Positions 25,969 through 39,253 of a stretch of DNA of 64,000 bases are shown piece by piece. Below the pieces are notes generated by a model. It ran no database searches. It was not told where the DNA came from and worked only from the letters and a program-made list of their open reading frames with translations. Source of the DNA: Camelus ferus (Eukaryota); NCBI RefSeq assembly GCF_009834535.1, contig NC_045696.1, positions 57,662,001-57,726,000 of the forward strand, in the 5' to 3' direction. Positions within the stretch are counted from its first letter, which is position 1; each line of letters opens with the position of its first letter. The position numbers and the translations under genes are program-made.

Positions 25969-27600
25969 TTAAAGAGTAAAGCCCATATGACTCCGTTTTT
26001 CATATGCTTTCCTTTTCAAGTTTTGACTGACCTTTTTCTTGTCTCTCTAAACCTTCCCAGAAGGCAAGAAAATATTACTATTAATAATAGCAGGGGCTGC
26101 AGGACTCCCTCTAAATGAAACAGCCTCCCTGCCTATGCCAGGAGCAGATTATAACTGTTTCCTTTCGTTTCAGAGCACACTTATGGGCCAAGCCCACCTA
26201 AATGATTCCTGGCTCAGGAATCATGTGTAAGATTCTCACTTTCTGTTTCAGATTTGGTCTCCTTTCCTAATTGTATAAATTATGTTTTGTGTAGAGCTCC
26301 CAATTCCTGGAATTGTGGCTTTTCTCTAAATTCTCAGGCAGTGCCTCATTCCATCTTGGATACCTGTGACTGAACAACTACCTCTTCAGTCTGGGTGGGA
26401 GTTTCGTGTTTTATGGCCTCAGAGTGTTAATATTAATATTCTGAAATATAAACAAATGTGTACTGTAATAATGTGCTTAACAGGAAAGTCCAGCCTCTGC
26501 TAAGGAGTTCTTGTCCCTCTGTGAGGGTAGTAAGGAAAGCGGGGGCCCAGTGTGCTAACAACAACGAGCAAACCAACTCAAAACCTGGGAAATTAGGAGA
26601 GACGGAGAAGGAACCAGTTCTGTAGACCATTCCTATCTGGGCTATTGCTAATAGTGAGGAGGATCCACCTGCCCAGGAAGCTACTGCTAAGCCTTAGCAA
26701 AGAGCACTGGATAAAGCACGAGAGTGCTGTGCATCATAAACCCTGCTTCTTTCTCGGAATGAAATGACTGATGTCTTGGCCTGGGACAACTGTGCAAGAG
26801 CCAACAGAGAGACCTCAATACTCAAAAGGGGAAAAACAATGAAAGATCTTGACCAATAGAGATACGCATGAATGTTCCGTCTGTTCAGTCCTTTGACAAG
26901 ACTTGGGACAAGCAACAGATGGACAGTCTGTCCAAATGGACATAAGGCCAACAGCAGTTTCCCTGGAGGTTGGTGAGGAGGTTTGATGGTAGCCAAGTTG
27001 TTGTGATGTTTCACCTGGCTGGAAGCAGAGCTGGGGAGGGGAGAGCTATCGTCTTAATAATGGGATGAATGCAAGGAGGCTTAGGACTCTTTCAACAAAT
27101 GGCTGAGAGAGAAGGAGCTGGAGTGGAATTAGGAGAGCCAGGATGCAAATCACCCAGAGGCTGGCTCAGCCCACAGATGTCCTAAGGAGATCTTAGGACA
27201 TTTGCCAGAAGAGGGCCAGCAAACTTGAGTCTGAGGACTGTCTATGTGATGTCCTCACTGGCAGGGAAACTGGGTGCAGGAGAGGAATATACTAGCTCAG
27301 TAGAAATGAGGTAGGAGACCCTGGCTTTAAGCAGCATCAAGGGACAGAGCAGCCTCAGTCCAAACCTAAAGAGAACTTTGGAAAGCCCAAGCTACAGAAA
27401 TAGCAGTTCTTCTTACTGAACATAAAGGACCCTACAGGGTTGTAGACGGCTGTGCTGGCCATGCTTGTACTTGTAATATTACCGTTCATGTGCTCTGCCC
27501 TGCCCTTGTCTTTTGTTAGGCTCTAAGCATCTTGCTGTTTCCTAACATGTTTTGTACAGAGCTGTTACCAATAAATTTCTATTAACTTGATGTAAAAGTC
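25969..27600 (+). other. CD86: CD86 3' UTR (approximate end)
   Basis: About 1.6 kb of largely non-repetitive sequence after the stop, ending near AATAAA 27570-27575 with a U-rich tract downstream. Confidence 0.65.
27570..27575 (+). terminator. Candidate distal polyadenylation signal of CD86
   Basis: AATAAA followed about 30 nt later by a T-rich element (ttttcttcttctattt). Confidence 0.6.
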
Positions 27601-28004
27601 TACATTTTCTTCTTCTATTTCAACAGGACTTACAGTCTGATATTACTCCCTCTATCCTCCTTATGGACATCCTTCCTCTTAACATCTCCAAGGTAACCCC
27701 ACTCTCCAGTCACCTGGCTAAAAACTTCTGACTCATCCCAAACCCTCTCCTCTTCCCCTTCTCCTAACTACTGTGTAAGAAAGGTGGTATTTTGTGAATC
27801 TATATGTGTATCTTGGTAATGAGATGTATGTCAGGTAAGAGAGGTTGTTTCTGAGGACAACCGGGAAATCTGGAGTTAAGGAAGGGATACTTGCTTTTCA
27901 GTTTGTAATGTTTTATACTATGTAATGTGTGCTCATTATGTACATTAAACAAAAGCTTAGTATAAAAATTCCTTGAAAATACTTTGGTTATAAAATAAAT
28001 GCAT

Positions 28005-28205
28005 GTAATTGTATATTTGAATGTTGCTAAGAGAGTACATCTTGAAAGTTCTCATCACAGGAAAAAAATTGTAACTATCGTGTGGTGATGGATGTTAACC
28101 TATCATTTCATAATATATACTATATCAAATCATGTTGTACACCTACAAATACTACAATGTCATATGTCAGTTATATCTCAAAAATAAATACATACATACA
28201 TACAT
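28005..28205 (+). mobile_element. Short L1 3' end with (TACA)n tail
   Basis: gttgctaagagagta...gttctcatcac...ttatatctcaaaaataaa; flanked by ataaatgcatgt / ataaatgacatgt (TSD-like). Confidence 0.8.
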
Positions 28206-28489
28206 ATAAATGACATGTGAGAATAGCCAGGGAAATTCTGGACAGAAGAAAACTGTCCAGGCTCTGAAAGGGCAGGGATGCGTCTAATTTCTCACCAGTG
28301 GGTCCCAGGCACCTAAGAGGCACCTCAAAACTATTTGTTTGTTTAAAGATTGAATGAAACATTAACATGCCCTCTGGTGTAAACATCCCCTCTTTGTATA
28401 TTAAATTTACTAGACCTTCTGTGTTTCAAGTCTGGGGAAAGAACTGCAAGAAAGGTTACAAGTGGTCATTAGGCATAGTTATAATAGTA

Positions 28490-28700
28490 CCAGCTAACAT
28501 TACTGGTATTTATTTAGTACCGGGCGCTCTTCTAAACCTTTAAACTCATTATCCCATTTAATCCTCACCATCTCATTTAATACCTCCTGTGACATAGGTA
28601 TTGGGATATTATGCCCATTTTGCTGATGAGGAAACGTAGGCACAGAGAAGTCAAAGCGATTTACCCAAGGTCACCTAGTAAGTGGCAGAGTTGGGGAAAA
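28490..28700 (-). mobile_element. MIR SINE
   Basis: cccattttgctgatgaggaaacgtaggcacagagaagtcaaagcgatttacccaaggtcac. Confidence 0.8.
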
Positions 28701-29929
28701 TTTTGTGAATCGTCACCCCTTTCACCCCTTTACTTCCCAGCCTGGTGTTTTCTGGCCATAGAAGAGGCAGTGTTTTGGTTGGTTACCCGTTGAGGGCCTA
28801 CGCCCCACCTTACACTACACTCCCTCAGCCCGACTAGGTGGTACCTCTGGAAGACCCATCACTGAGTTTTCCAGAAGCCAACCCATCGTCACATAGGGCC
28901 ACAAGCTGTGGGTTATAAGGCACATGATAGGACCACTGAGTATGAGGTCTGGTCAGAGGAAACGTGAACCACAGTTGCTGACTCCAGCTCCTCCCCCTCC
29001 ACCCCGACACTCACTATTCTTTTGCAATCCACCCTCCTCCCTCTGCTATCTGAAGCCAGCTCCATCCATTCAGTGTCCTCACATTTGTGAACCCAGGCTA
29101 GAAAGCAGGGAGTCATCTCTGACCACTGCCCTCCGACCTTTCCCTAGGAACCCACCGTCCACCCCACCCTCCTGCCGCGTCCAGTCATCACCAGGCCAGC
29201 CAAGATTCCTCCAACTTTAGCACCCACCTCCTCTTGTCTCACTCAGGCCCTTATTTCCTCATCCCAAGAACATGACAATCACCACCCAAATAATTCCAGT
29301 CTACCGTCTCTCTCACCCTGCATTTTGTCCAAAACATCAAAAGGAACAGGAGGAAAATAGTGAAAAGGTCTCCCTCACATTCCTTTTCCCTAGCTACGAA
29401 GAGGCAGCTCTGATCTCAGCTTCTTCTGTATGTCAGTGTGTGTGCGCATGTGTATTGACTGTGTGTATTCATATATATACATATGTAGTGTGTATATACA
29501 TACATACACACGTACACATATATATGTGTGTATATGTGTTTTCCCCTTATTCAGGAAGATTTGGTTTTATTCTATACCTAAGCAACCTACACAACTTAAA
29601 CTAAGGCTCTTGCAAAGATAGTTTAGAGTCTTTAGAGCAATCCTTCAAAATAAAAACACACTTCCTTATTGTATTCATTTTCTGTCTTATCCATATGCCA
29701 GCATGTTTATGGATCTTATAAATAAATGAGGTTCCATTGGCCTACCCCAAAGCTACCTGTTCACTCCAAGAGAAAAAAATACATATAGATACAGAGTCCT
29801 GCACTGTCTTTACACACAGATTTCTGAACCTGTTCCAATATGAACAAGTCACATCCTAGGTCTGGGGAACAACAGTCGTTCTCCACCAGACCTCCTGTTT
29901 CCCACATTTCATATATTTGTCTTTTTTGA

Positions 29930-30800
29930 TTTACTCAATTCACTTTGGTTGGACATACATATCCACCAGTAACTTTATGAGAAAGGATATGTGGGAAGTA
30001 AATTTAATGACATTTTATGTATCTGAAAATGTCTTCACCCTACTCTCCCATTTAATCATTTGGCTTAATAGAGAATTTGGGGTAAGAAGTAATTTCCATT
30101 GTCTCTGGCTTCCATTGTCACTCTTGAAAAATATATGGATATTCTGACTCATCTTTTTTACATGGAAGCTTTTTGGATCTTTTCTTTATCTCCAGTGTTC
30201 TTAAATTTTGTAATGAAATGCCTGTTTATCCACTATGACTAAGATCGAGGTGGCCTTTTCTATCTGGAAACTCATGTCCTTCACTCCAGGGAAATTTTCC
30301 TGAGTGTTTCATTGATGATTTTTCCCTCTATTTCTCCCACCTCATATTCGAGGATACTGGATTCCAATGTTATATCTCCTAGAATGATCCTCCTATTTTC
30401 TTATTTTTCTCTCCTCTTTGTCATGTATTTGTATTTTATTCTTTCTTAAAATTTTCCTCAACTTTATCTTCTAATCTCTCTGTTGTATTTTTGTATTTCT
30501 GCTATCATGTTTTAATTTCCAAGAGTTCTTTTTTTGTTTCTTTTTCCAAGGACCTTGTTCTTCATGGTTGCAATATCATCTCTCAACTCTCTGACAATAT
30601 TAACAATAGGTTGTTAATAAGTTTTATTTTTCCTGCATTGTCTCTATATCCTCCAAGTTGTTTCTTCCTGTTTGTTTTTCTACATTATCCATGTTGGAGG
30701 ATTCCTCAAATATCCGATGTTCTTTGGATGCCTGTTCATGATTAAAAATGCAGAACTGAAAATTTGTTTCAAGGATCTGAGTCTATGGATGGTCTTGTTA
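29930..30800 (-). mobile_element. Old L1M fragment
   Basis: T-rich antisense ORF1/ORF2-like sequence (tatctgaaaatgtcttc, ctggaaactcatgtccttc, ttttaatttccaagagttct). Confidence 0.6.
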
Positions 30801-30963
30801 ATTTTAGCTTTACCGTAAAGGGATCTGGTGGGAGGGCTTTGTTGGAAAATTATTTTTAGGTCCTTCCTCTTGGGCTGGTAGTTTTCCAGTATCTTGCTGA
30901 AAGGTAGAAGTCTGGCTGTCAGCATTTTGGGAGCCAGGTGAGAGAAGAGGGGTATGTGTATGT

Positions 30964-31001
<38 letters not shown>

Positions 31002-31459
31002 TGTGTTAGTGGTGGAATCTCTGAAATCTTTATTCAATATGTATAAATTTACTTTGTCCATATGTTTTCAGTATGGTAACTCCAACCTCAAATGAATGAG
31101 AGGTCTCTACTCAAACACTTTCTGCTTTTCCCTCTCCAGAGATCAAGACTCCAGTTTTCTGCCAGGGTGGGAGAGGGAAGTTGCCCAGTGGTGTGGAGTG
31201 GGAAAAAGAGAACTCAGCTTCTCAAACAACTTTTACCCAATCTTCCTGATTTTTACCCTCATCTTTCCCCTCAACACTCACCCTCACTTGATTTCCAGCC
31301 TTGCCAGTTCCTGAGGTTTCTGATGACTGTGGGGTATAAACTGGGTTATTTCTTGGTTTCCACACTGACAAGCAAGATTTGGCTACCCTGCCTTGCTAAG
31401 TTAGTTGTCATGCATCCATGTACTTTTCAGATTCCAAACTGTTGTCTTCTTTCCTATTC

Positions 31460-31591
31460 TTTTTTTTTTAATCTTTTGTTATGGGGGGGGGGTAGGTTTA
31501 TTTACTTAGTTTTAGAGGAGGCACTGGGGATTGAACCCAGGACCTTGTGTATGCTAAGCATGTCCTCTAGTGCTTGAGCTATACCCTCCCC
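31460..31591 (-). mobile_element. tRNA-derived SINE, camelid vic-1-like
   Basis: Reverse complement reads ggggagggtatagctcaagc...gcttagcatacacaaggtcctgggttcaatccccag (A and B boxes), then a C-rich linker and A tail. Confidence 0.85.
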
Positions 31592-33769
31592 ACTCCTCTC
31601 CTATACTTCTACTTTAAATTTTAAAATTTTTTTTTCAGTCTTAGTGAAATTTCAGGAGGTAATGGAATTAGATGTATTTAGCCTACCACCTTACCTGGAA
31701 CTCTACTATTCAAAATTTTTAAGGACTCTACATTTGACTGCCTTCAGCCTAAAATCCAAAGTCATCAACAATGTGACTCAAAACCAACTCAACTCTTTAC
31801 CAACCTTATTTTTCCCTCTTCTCATATTAGATATCCATGATGCTGTCAGATATAGCTACTAATCATTTCCAAAATATAGCTTGTATTATCTGGGTAGTTT
31901 TCACTTATTCTGTGTCTCTGGAATAATTCTCCCCAGCTCTCTCTGTTTATTGGACTCTTGTTCATCATTAAACTTGGCTCAAATACCACTACTTCTGTTG
32001 AGACACACACCTCACCACTACCCAGGCTGCACACAACTGACACAATATCTTGTGATCCAAGAATATCCATTCCAGCAATAATTCATTCCTGTTCCAATGC
32101 TTTCATTCACCACCAAGCACCACAGCTACGGCCGCTGGTCAATATATAGAGTAGCTCCAGGTTTCCCAAGGGGAACTTCAAGCCACTAAATAAGCAAGCG
32201 TTCTTGTGCATAGCCTTAGTCCTACACTCCTTGGTCTGGACAGTTTCACACTCTACATGCCAACTTCTCCCCAACCACCCTGGCTTTCAACCACCCAACT
32301 GCCTCCTGTACTTGTCACACCACCTAGACTCAACAATCAGTTCCTCCTCCCAGGTTAGAACTATAGTTTGCCACTCTAAGAATGCCTTGGATTCACTTCC
32401 TTAAAAATGTCACCTCTGGCCACCAAGGATAATCATCCCGTCTCCATCTCAGCCTTTAGAACCCATTATTTCAGAGCATTCACATCAGACCAGCTCTTCC
32501 CAGCCTACAGGAAGCAGGATTACAGAGTACATACATGACTTTGTAAGAGAGGTAGACGTATCTACCCTGTATCTACCCCTCAATTTTAGTAGAGATCCTT
32601 ATTAACTAAAGCAAAACCTCTCATTTCATGAAATCATATAGCTTTAGAGCTTAAAAGAAGTCACATAGTCCTTGGCCTTCGTGGAAGATGGAGGCTGGGT
32701 ACCACAGAAATTAGGAAGCTGTGTCTGGAGAGATGGGAAAGACAGTGAAGACTCACTCAGAGATGGGTGGGGTGGTAGCAAGGTTAAAGCAGACTAAAAA
32801 AGGAAAAACGTCCCTCTAGAGCAACATTTTTGAAGCTTGCAACACTGTAAGCCAGCATGTGACAAAATGCTTCTAATTATGTAGGCAGTTATCTGTCTGT
32901 TCTTTACACCTTTCTTAAGAAAATATTTTCCTGTTAACAGCGCATTAACAAGCATAAAGGAAACAAAAGAGATCAAAATCAGTAGTTCTTACATCTTACG
33001 AAGAAACACATGAAATTTCACACTTCTCAAATTATTGCCTATTAATCTACACTTTCAATTACAGTGATTAATAAATGTTCTTTGGCATGCAAGGGGGCTA
33101 CATCTCAGTGTGTGTTGTATCTTAAAGTAGTACTCTATTTCGGTAGAGTCTAAATCAGAATCACCGAGCTGCGGCTGTCTACTAATGACGCTCTCAGAGA
33201 AAACTAGCACCTACTCTTCCTCATCCTGGCACCAATTATGTTCTTCCCTATTCAATATACACAAGAACGAGGTATTATTTTTTTTTTTACAAACAAGTGT
33301 AACTCAACAAAGATTAGAGTGCTCAGTACCTTTTAAGTGTTTTTATTATGAAAAGATGCCTTTTAAAAATATACATGAACTTATTTCTGAAACTAGCTTT
33401 CCACCCCGGCAGTAGTGCCAGCTTGATACTACTGCTCATAACATGTGGCAAAGTGGCTTCTCTTCCCATGATCTGATTGTAAATCATTGTTTCTGAGATT
33501 AAACACTGTAAACTCACGGGTTTCCTAAATATAGAGAGTACAAAGAGTCACTAAGCTGTCTTAATGGTCTACTAGGAATGGAAGAAATGTAGAAAGCATC
33601 CAGTAGAGCCCTTCCATCTTATGTGGGAAATGAATGCAGAGAGGAGAGGGATTCACCAAACATCAAAGGGCACTCTGACCAGAAGTTAGGTTCCTGAGCT
33701 TCAGTCAAGGGTGCTGTCCACCTTACTGTGGCCCTCTACACTTCCTGTTAGCCGAACCATCTGGGAAAT

Positions 33770-33930
33770 GGGCATCAACAGAGTATAATGCAGCAAGAGC
33801 ACAGACCTCGGGTCAGGTATAGTTGGCATGTGACCTTAGGCAAATTACTTAATCTTTCTGATTCTGGTTTTCCTTATGTGTAAAATTGGGTTAATAACAT
33901 CTACCTACCTCCCTCATGGAATCAAGGGGG
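33770..33930 (+). mobile_element. MIR SINE
   Basis: tgtgaccttaggcaaattacttaatctttctg...tgtaaaattgggttaataacatctacct. Confidence 0.75.
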
Positions 33931-36880
33931 ATCAAGGGAAATCCAAAAGATACAAGAATTATACAGTTAGAGAAGAGCAGAGAAGAGAAGAGAAGGGAGA
34001 GGAGGATGGGGAGGGGAGAGAGCAGAAAACAAGCAATTGTGGCTTGTTGCAGCAAGGTGGGGTTGGCGGTGGTGAGGGAGCTTTAGTAGTGGGAGAATGG
34101 GAAAATGAAGCCATCATGGAGTAACAGGGGTGGGAGGGGGTTCTTTCATGTAACACTCAGCCCAGAAGTCCATCCACACCCTGCTGAAAGCCAGACATGC
34201 TCCTACAACTCCTCCCACAGCAGCCTCATTTGAAGAAGTCCCTCTTTCAGCAACTCAGCCCAGGGATTGAGCTGATTCATGCAATCATGTTATGCATGTG
34301 GGACTTTTCCATCCCTACTATCTGAGGCCCAAGTCATCTTTCTAAGACCTACTTGATCTTTCCTTCAACAAGATCATTTCCAGACATGCAATAACATCTA
34401 CTTCTCTGTCATGGTGGCAGAGAGCTCTGTCCTTACTAAAATATGAGATTCTAAGCAGTCAAGTTGGGAGGTAAAAGGGGGTCTCCCAAGGGCCAGGGGC
34501 TCCCACTCCCAGCTAAGATTTTGGAAGACTTTGGTCTTAAAGGGCAGTCATACAGAGGATGGTTTGTTGGGGGAGGGGTGTGCAGGAAAAGCAGTTGGGA
34601 AACTGACACAATTAACTCCTACACGTTTGGCATTTCTAACTGAACTAGGAGAAGCATCCTGACATTTCCAGACTGGACTCTGGTGCCCAAGCTCGTCAGA
34701 CCAATGGCAGGACCAAAGACTCCACTGCAGAAGCAGATCCAAACGACATGGAAGTGAAAACTTTAGTGAGCTGCTTTAGGAGAGATGGACCACAGGAGTT
34801 CTCTGTACTCAATCACAATGGGAGGAAAGAAATACTAAAACTGGGTATTAGAAAGGTTATATAATTCAGGCATAACTAGCAGACTGAAAACAGTATTATA
34901 AATCACAGTCTTTGATTTAGTCACCAAGGTGAAAAAAATCTTTTTCTATATCATACACCCAGCATGGGGTGAAGGCAAAGGTTTATTTCAGATATGAGAG
35001 ACCAGAGACACAGAGCAGAAGCAGTGGCTCCTTGCTCCCAGACTACTGGCTAGTAAATAATTTAAAAACTCTTTCTTAAATCCATATTTGCAACCCAGAG
35101 CATATAGCTGAAGCTTATTATTAGAACAGGACAGGGTATAGTTCCCGTGCTGATTGGTAACACAAACTAGTTACATGCTGTTTCCACCAGTCCACCTGCC
35201 ACTTTTTAATTGCACACATCAAGTATTTGCCCTCAGGCTTCAGGCCTCACAACTTTTGTAAGAACAGTTGAGCTGTGTCCACTTGATGGGAAAACATCAA
35301 GTCCATTCCATTAAAAAAAAAAAAAAAAAAGCCAAGCCAAACAATGAAATCAGTCCTTTCATACTTTTGTTTTCCTCCAGTTTTCAATTTATTTGTTGAA
35401 CTCTCTTGGAGTCACAGTCCCAGAGTTATATTTAAGACTCTTATCAATTTTAAAAGAAAGGGAAAAGAAGTGCATTTTTTAACATTAAAAATAAATCCTG
35501 TTCCTGTGTCCAAACCAGCCGTGCATATTAACATGTGTCAATGTTCTCAGGGTTTAAAGAGTCTTGGCTGGAAAAAATATTCTAGCAAGACTTAAAGAAA
35601 CAAGATGACAGATCAATGAGAATTTTCATTCTCCCTGAGTAATCACTTATATCTAGAACTTAATAGAAATGGTGTGTTTGCAGCAGGAAATATGAAGAAA
35701 ATCTTGTATCAGGGTGTTAAGCATTGAAAACAATTGCTAAATCTTCCCAACCCTGATGTCAGGGAGCAACGTGGCATCACTGTCCTTGTCATGGTCATCA
35801 CCATCATCACAGCTATTTATCGAGCACATTATGTGCAAGGCACTGTGTTAAACAGCTCATATACCTTATCTTGGGAAGAAAAAAGAAAGGCTGCACCATC
35901 TTGTGGAAGTTTAAGAACTCATTTTCAGAAAAGAAGGGAGAACCAAGAGATGTAAGATAGTATGAGAATTTAGAGAAGAAGAAAAAATTATGACAGCGGC
36001 AGAACAGTGAGCAAGTATTTTACAGTAATGGGACAGGCTGGGGAGGTGCAGTTTAAACCTACATTGCAGTGCACTAAGACCCAGGTATAACTGATCACAA
36101 GGAAAGAATTGGTAAAGAAGAACTGGTGATACAAGGAAATAATTCATCCCAAAGAAAGAGAGAATCCAGGCGTGAACATTTGATTCAGGAATCATGGAAC
36201 TATTGTCGAGAGGTAAGTAGATTTTGAGAAAACCAGAGTTATTTGTCCCTCAGATTATTGTCTGATTCATATATAACCTGAAGACAGAGCCAGTCCTAAG
36301 AAACAAGATCCAAGAGACAGATCCTGGTTATGCCACGCAGGCCCATTTGCCACCACACCTGAAACAAATCTACTCCTGGGTTCTCCAGTTAAGTGTTTCT
36401 CTCTTTCTCTCTCCTCTCCTCCCACCCCTTTTTTATTCCTCAGGTTGGCTTCATTCCTTAAGTCAGACTTTCTGTTCTATACAACAAAAATATTTCTAAT
36501 TGAAACATCACAGAACAGAAAAAGTCATGGCCCATCTGAGCCCAGCACAATCAATATATTCAGGCCAGTTTTTCTCTCTCGCTTCATTTTTGGCTCAGAT
36601 TTTCTTTACATGTTGATCTTGTCTCCTATTATAGGCAGATTCCCAGTACAGCTATGTTATCTAGAGCATCTTTAGCTCCAGCAGAAACATCCTTGAGAGG
36701 ATGCTGATTGAGCTTGTTTGAATCACATGCTCATCCCTGAAGCAATCACCATGGCCAGGGATTTCTGACCTAATTAAACAAGTCCAAGTATTATTCTCTC
36801 CCTGTCCCTCCCCTAAATCCTAGGGACATGGAATCAACCTAAACTTACATACATGGAGTTGGGAAAGGTGGTGTCCTGGA

Positions 36881-38719
36881 TGTTGTTGGTGCCCCACTCA
36901 GGTCTCCTTTATCAGTACCGATCCCCTAGATGCTGTGAATGTTGACTTATAACAACCTGAAGCTGTAGTCTCTCTGACACTTGCCCTTGGCCAAAGAGGA
37001 ACCTCCTCTCCTAATTCTCTTTATTTAAAATTTGACTTTGTTTGTTGTGACTTTTGGAGGGGGTGGTGGTGTTAATTTTAATTTATTTAGAATATTGCAA
37101 TAATGTAGTATTCATCTTGATTACTGAGATTTTGGCACCTCTCAAACTTTACCCTGCTCACCTCACCTTAATCCCGGCTAAGAAGCTGCACTCCAGGCCT
37201 TTGCCATCCCCTCTGGGAGCAGACCTCAGTCAATGATTAACCGATGTAGGGATACAAAAGGTCAGTCCCCCTTGCCTCAAGATAGGGCTAATTCTGCAGT
37301 TGAACTTGTGTTCTAGAGCTCCCCATGGGACCAGATTCTACAGCTAGTCTCCAGCTAGGACCACATTCCTGCTGGTTTTCATTCCTGCCCTGTTCCTGCC
37401 TTCCTCATTCTTTTTTTTTTTTTTTTTTAACATTTTTTATTGATTTATAATCATTTTACAATGTGTCAAATTCCAGTGTTCAGCACAATTTTTCAGTCAT
37501 TCATGGACATATACACACTCATTGTCACATTTTTTTCTCTGTGAGTTACCATAACATTTTGTGTATATTTCCCTGTGCTATACAGTGTAATCTTGTTTAT
37601 CTATTCTACAATTTTGAAATCCCAGGCTATCCCCTCCCACCCTCCACCCCCCGGTAACCACAAGTCTGTATTCTCTGTCCGTGAGTCTATTTCTGTCCTG
37701 TATTTACGCTTTGTTTTTGTTTGTTTGTTTTTGTTTTTGTTTTTTACATTCCACATATGAGCGATCTCATATGGTATTTTTCTTTCTCTTTCTGGCTTAC
37801 TTCACTTAGAATGGCATTCTCCAGGAGCATCCATGTTGCTGCAAATGGCATTATGTTGTCAGTTTTTATGGCTGAGTAGTATTCCATTGTATAAATATAC
37901 CACATCTTCTTTATCCAGTCACCTGTTGATGGACATTTAGGCTGTTTCCATGTTTTGGCTATTGTAAATAGTGCTGCTATGAACATTGGGGTGCAGGTGT
38001 CATCCTGAAGTAGATTTCCTTCTGGATACAAGCCCAGGAGTGGGATTCCTGGGTCATATGGTAAGTCTATTCCTAGTCTTTTGAGGAATCTCCACACTGT
38101 TTTCCATAGTGGCTGCACCAAACTGCATTCCCACCAGCAGTGTAGGAGGGTTCCCCTTTCTCCACAAACTCAAAATGGATTAAAGACTTAAACATAAGAC
38201 AAGATACAATAAACCTCCTAGAGGAAAACATAGGCAAAACATTATCTGACATACATCTCAAAAATTTTCTCCTAGAAGAAATAAAAGCAAGAATAAACAA
38301 ATGGGACCTAATGAAACTTATAAGCTTCTGCACAGCAAAGGAAACCAGAAGTAAAACAAGAAGAAAACCTACGGAATGGGAGAAAATTTTTGCAACTTAA
38401 ACCGACAAAGGCTTGATCTCCAGAATATATAAGCAGCTCATACGACTCAATAAGAAAAAAATAAACAACCCAATCCAAAAATGGGCAGAAGACCTAAACA
38501 AGCAATTCTCCAAGGAAGACATACAAATGATCAAAAAGCACATGAAAAAATGCTCAATATCACTAATCATCAGAGAAATGCAAATCAAAACTACAATGAG
38601 GTATCACCTCACACGAGTCAGAATGGCCGTCATTCAAAAAATCCTCATTCTTTTTCTAAGAGCATTCACGGCAAGTTACTTGGATAAGATTCTGTCTTCA
38701 GGGAAACCCACCAAAGATA
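36881..38719 (+). mobile_element. MaLR (MLT1-type) 5' LTR, interrupted by younger insertions
   Basis: Begins tgttgttggtgccccactcagg, contains cccttgcctcaagatagggc...ctagagctccccatggga, ends cttcagggaaacccaccaaagata; followed by MaLR-internal-like sequence. Confidence 0.65.
37416..38641 (-). mobile_element. Young 5'-truncated, 5'-inverted L1 with 14-bp TSD
   Basis: Poly-T at 37411-37428; antisense 3' UTR and ORF2 C-terminus (ORF 37744..38121, ...TCTPMFIAALFTIAKTWKQPKCPS...); sense-oriented upstream ORF2 piece about 38165-38641 (...[16 protein letters not shown]); TSD tcctcattcttttt at 37402-37415 and 38642-38655. Confidence 0.93.
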
Positions 38720-38734
38720 GCTAATGCCAGAAAG

Positions 38735-39253
38735 TGGGGAGCCGGCTGGCATTCTCTGGGGTCATAAAACCCCCACCCCTGGGCTCTGTGTGTGCCTGGG
38801 GCCTATTGACACCTTAACCCCCACTCCCTAGTTCAGGACCCTTTGCACACCTGCATTTCTGCAAGATATAAAACATCTTCTCTTGATGTGTGTTTACCCT
38901 AACAAAACTCATAGCCCCAGGAGACAGCCTGCCTCACAATACTCTAGGCGGACAGGCCCTTATCAAAGCTATAAAACCTATTGTTCAGAGAAGTCTCTGA
39001 CAGATCTTACAACCAATCAGGTACCTGTGCACGAACTGATCATGCAGCCCCTACTCCTTGTGTGCACAGCCCCCTCCCCCCAATAAAAGACCCTGTACAC
39101 CCACCCTCAGCACTCATGCAGGCACTTCTCACCTGTGTGGCCCACTGTTGCCTTTGGCAGCATACCTATTAAACTTTCCTAAACTTTTCTCGGTCTCTGG
39201 TTAATTTTTTACCAACCCGCATGTCACTGTCACTGTGTTGTGTGCCCACAACA
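38735..39253 (+). mobile_element. ERV solo LTR (class I-like)
   Basis: TG...CA termini; flanks gaaag / ggaag (TSD-like, 4/5); TATA-like gctataaaa; AATAAA at 39082 and ATTAAA near 39168. Confidence 0.7.

Larger units (their letters stand above)
1509..27600 (+). other. CD86: CD86 gene body, exons 2-7 plus 3' UTR (5' exon outside window)
   Basis: Six exons join in frame: 46+336+306+153+46+97 = 984 nt from ATG 1513, giving 327 aa (signal peptide, IgV, IgC, TM, cytoplasmic tail) that closely resembles mammalian CD86. The 3' end is inferred from AATAAA at 27570. Confidence 0.97.

Noticed and set aside
31092..31577. 161-aa ORF
   Set aside because: Runs through repeat-like sequence into a SINE; no homology recognised.
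37744..38724. ORFs of 125 aa (-) and 103 aa (+) as genes
   Set aside because: L1 ORF2 fragments of the inverted insertion.
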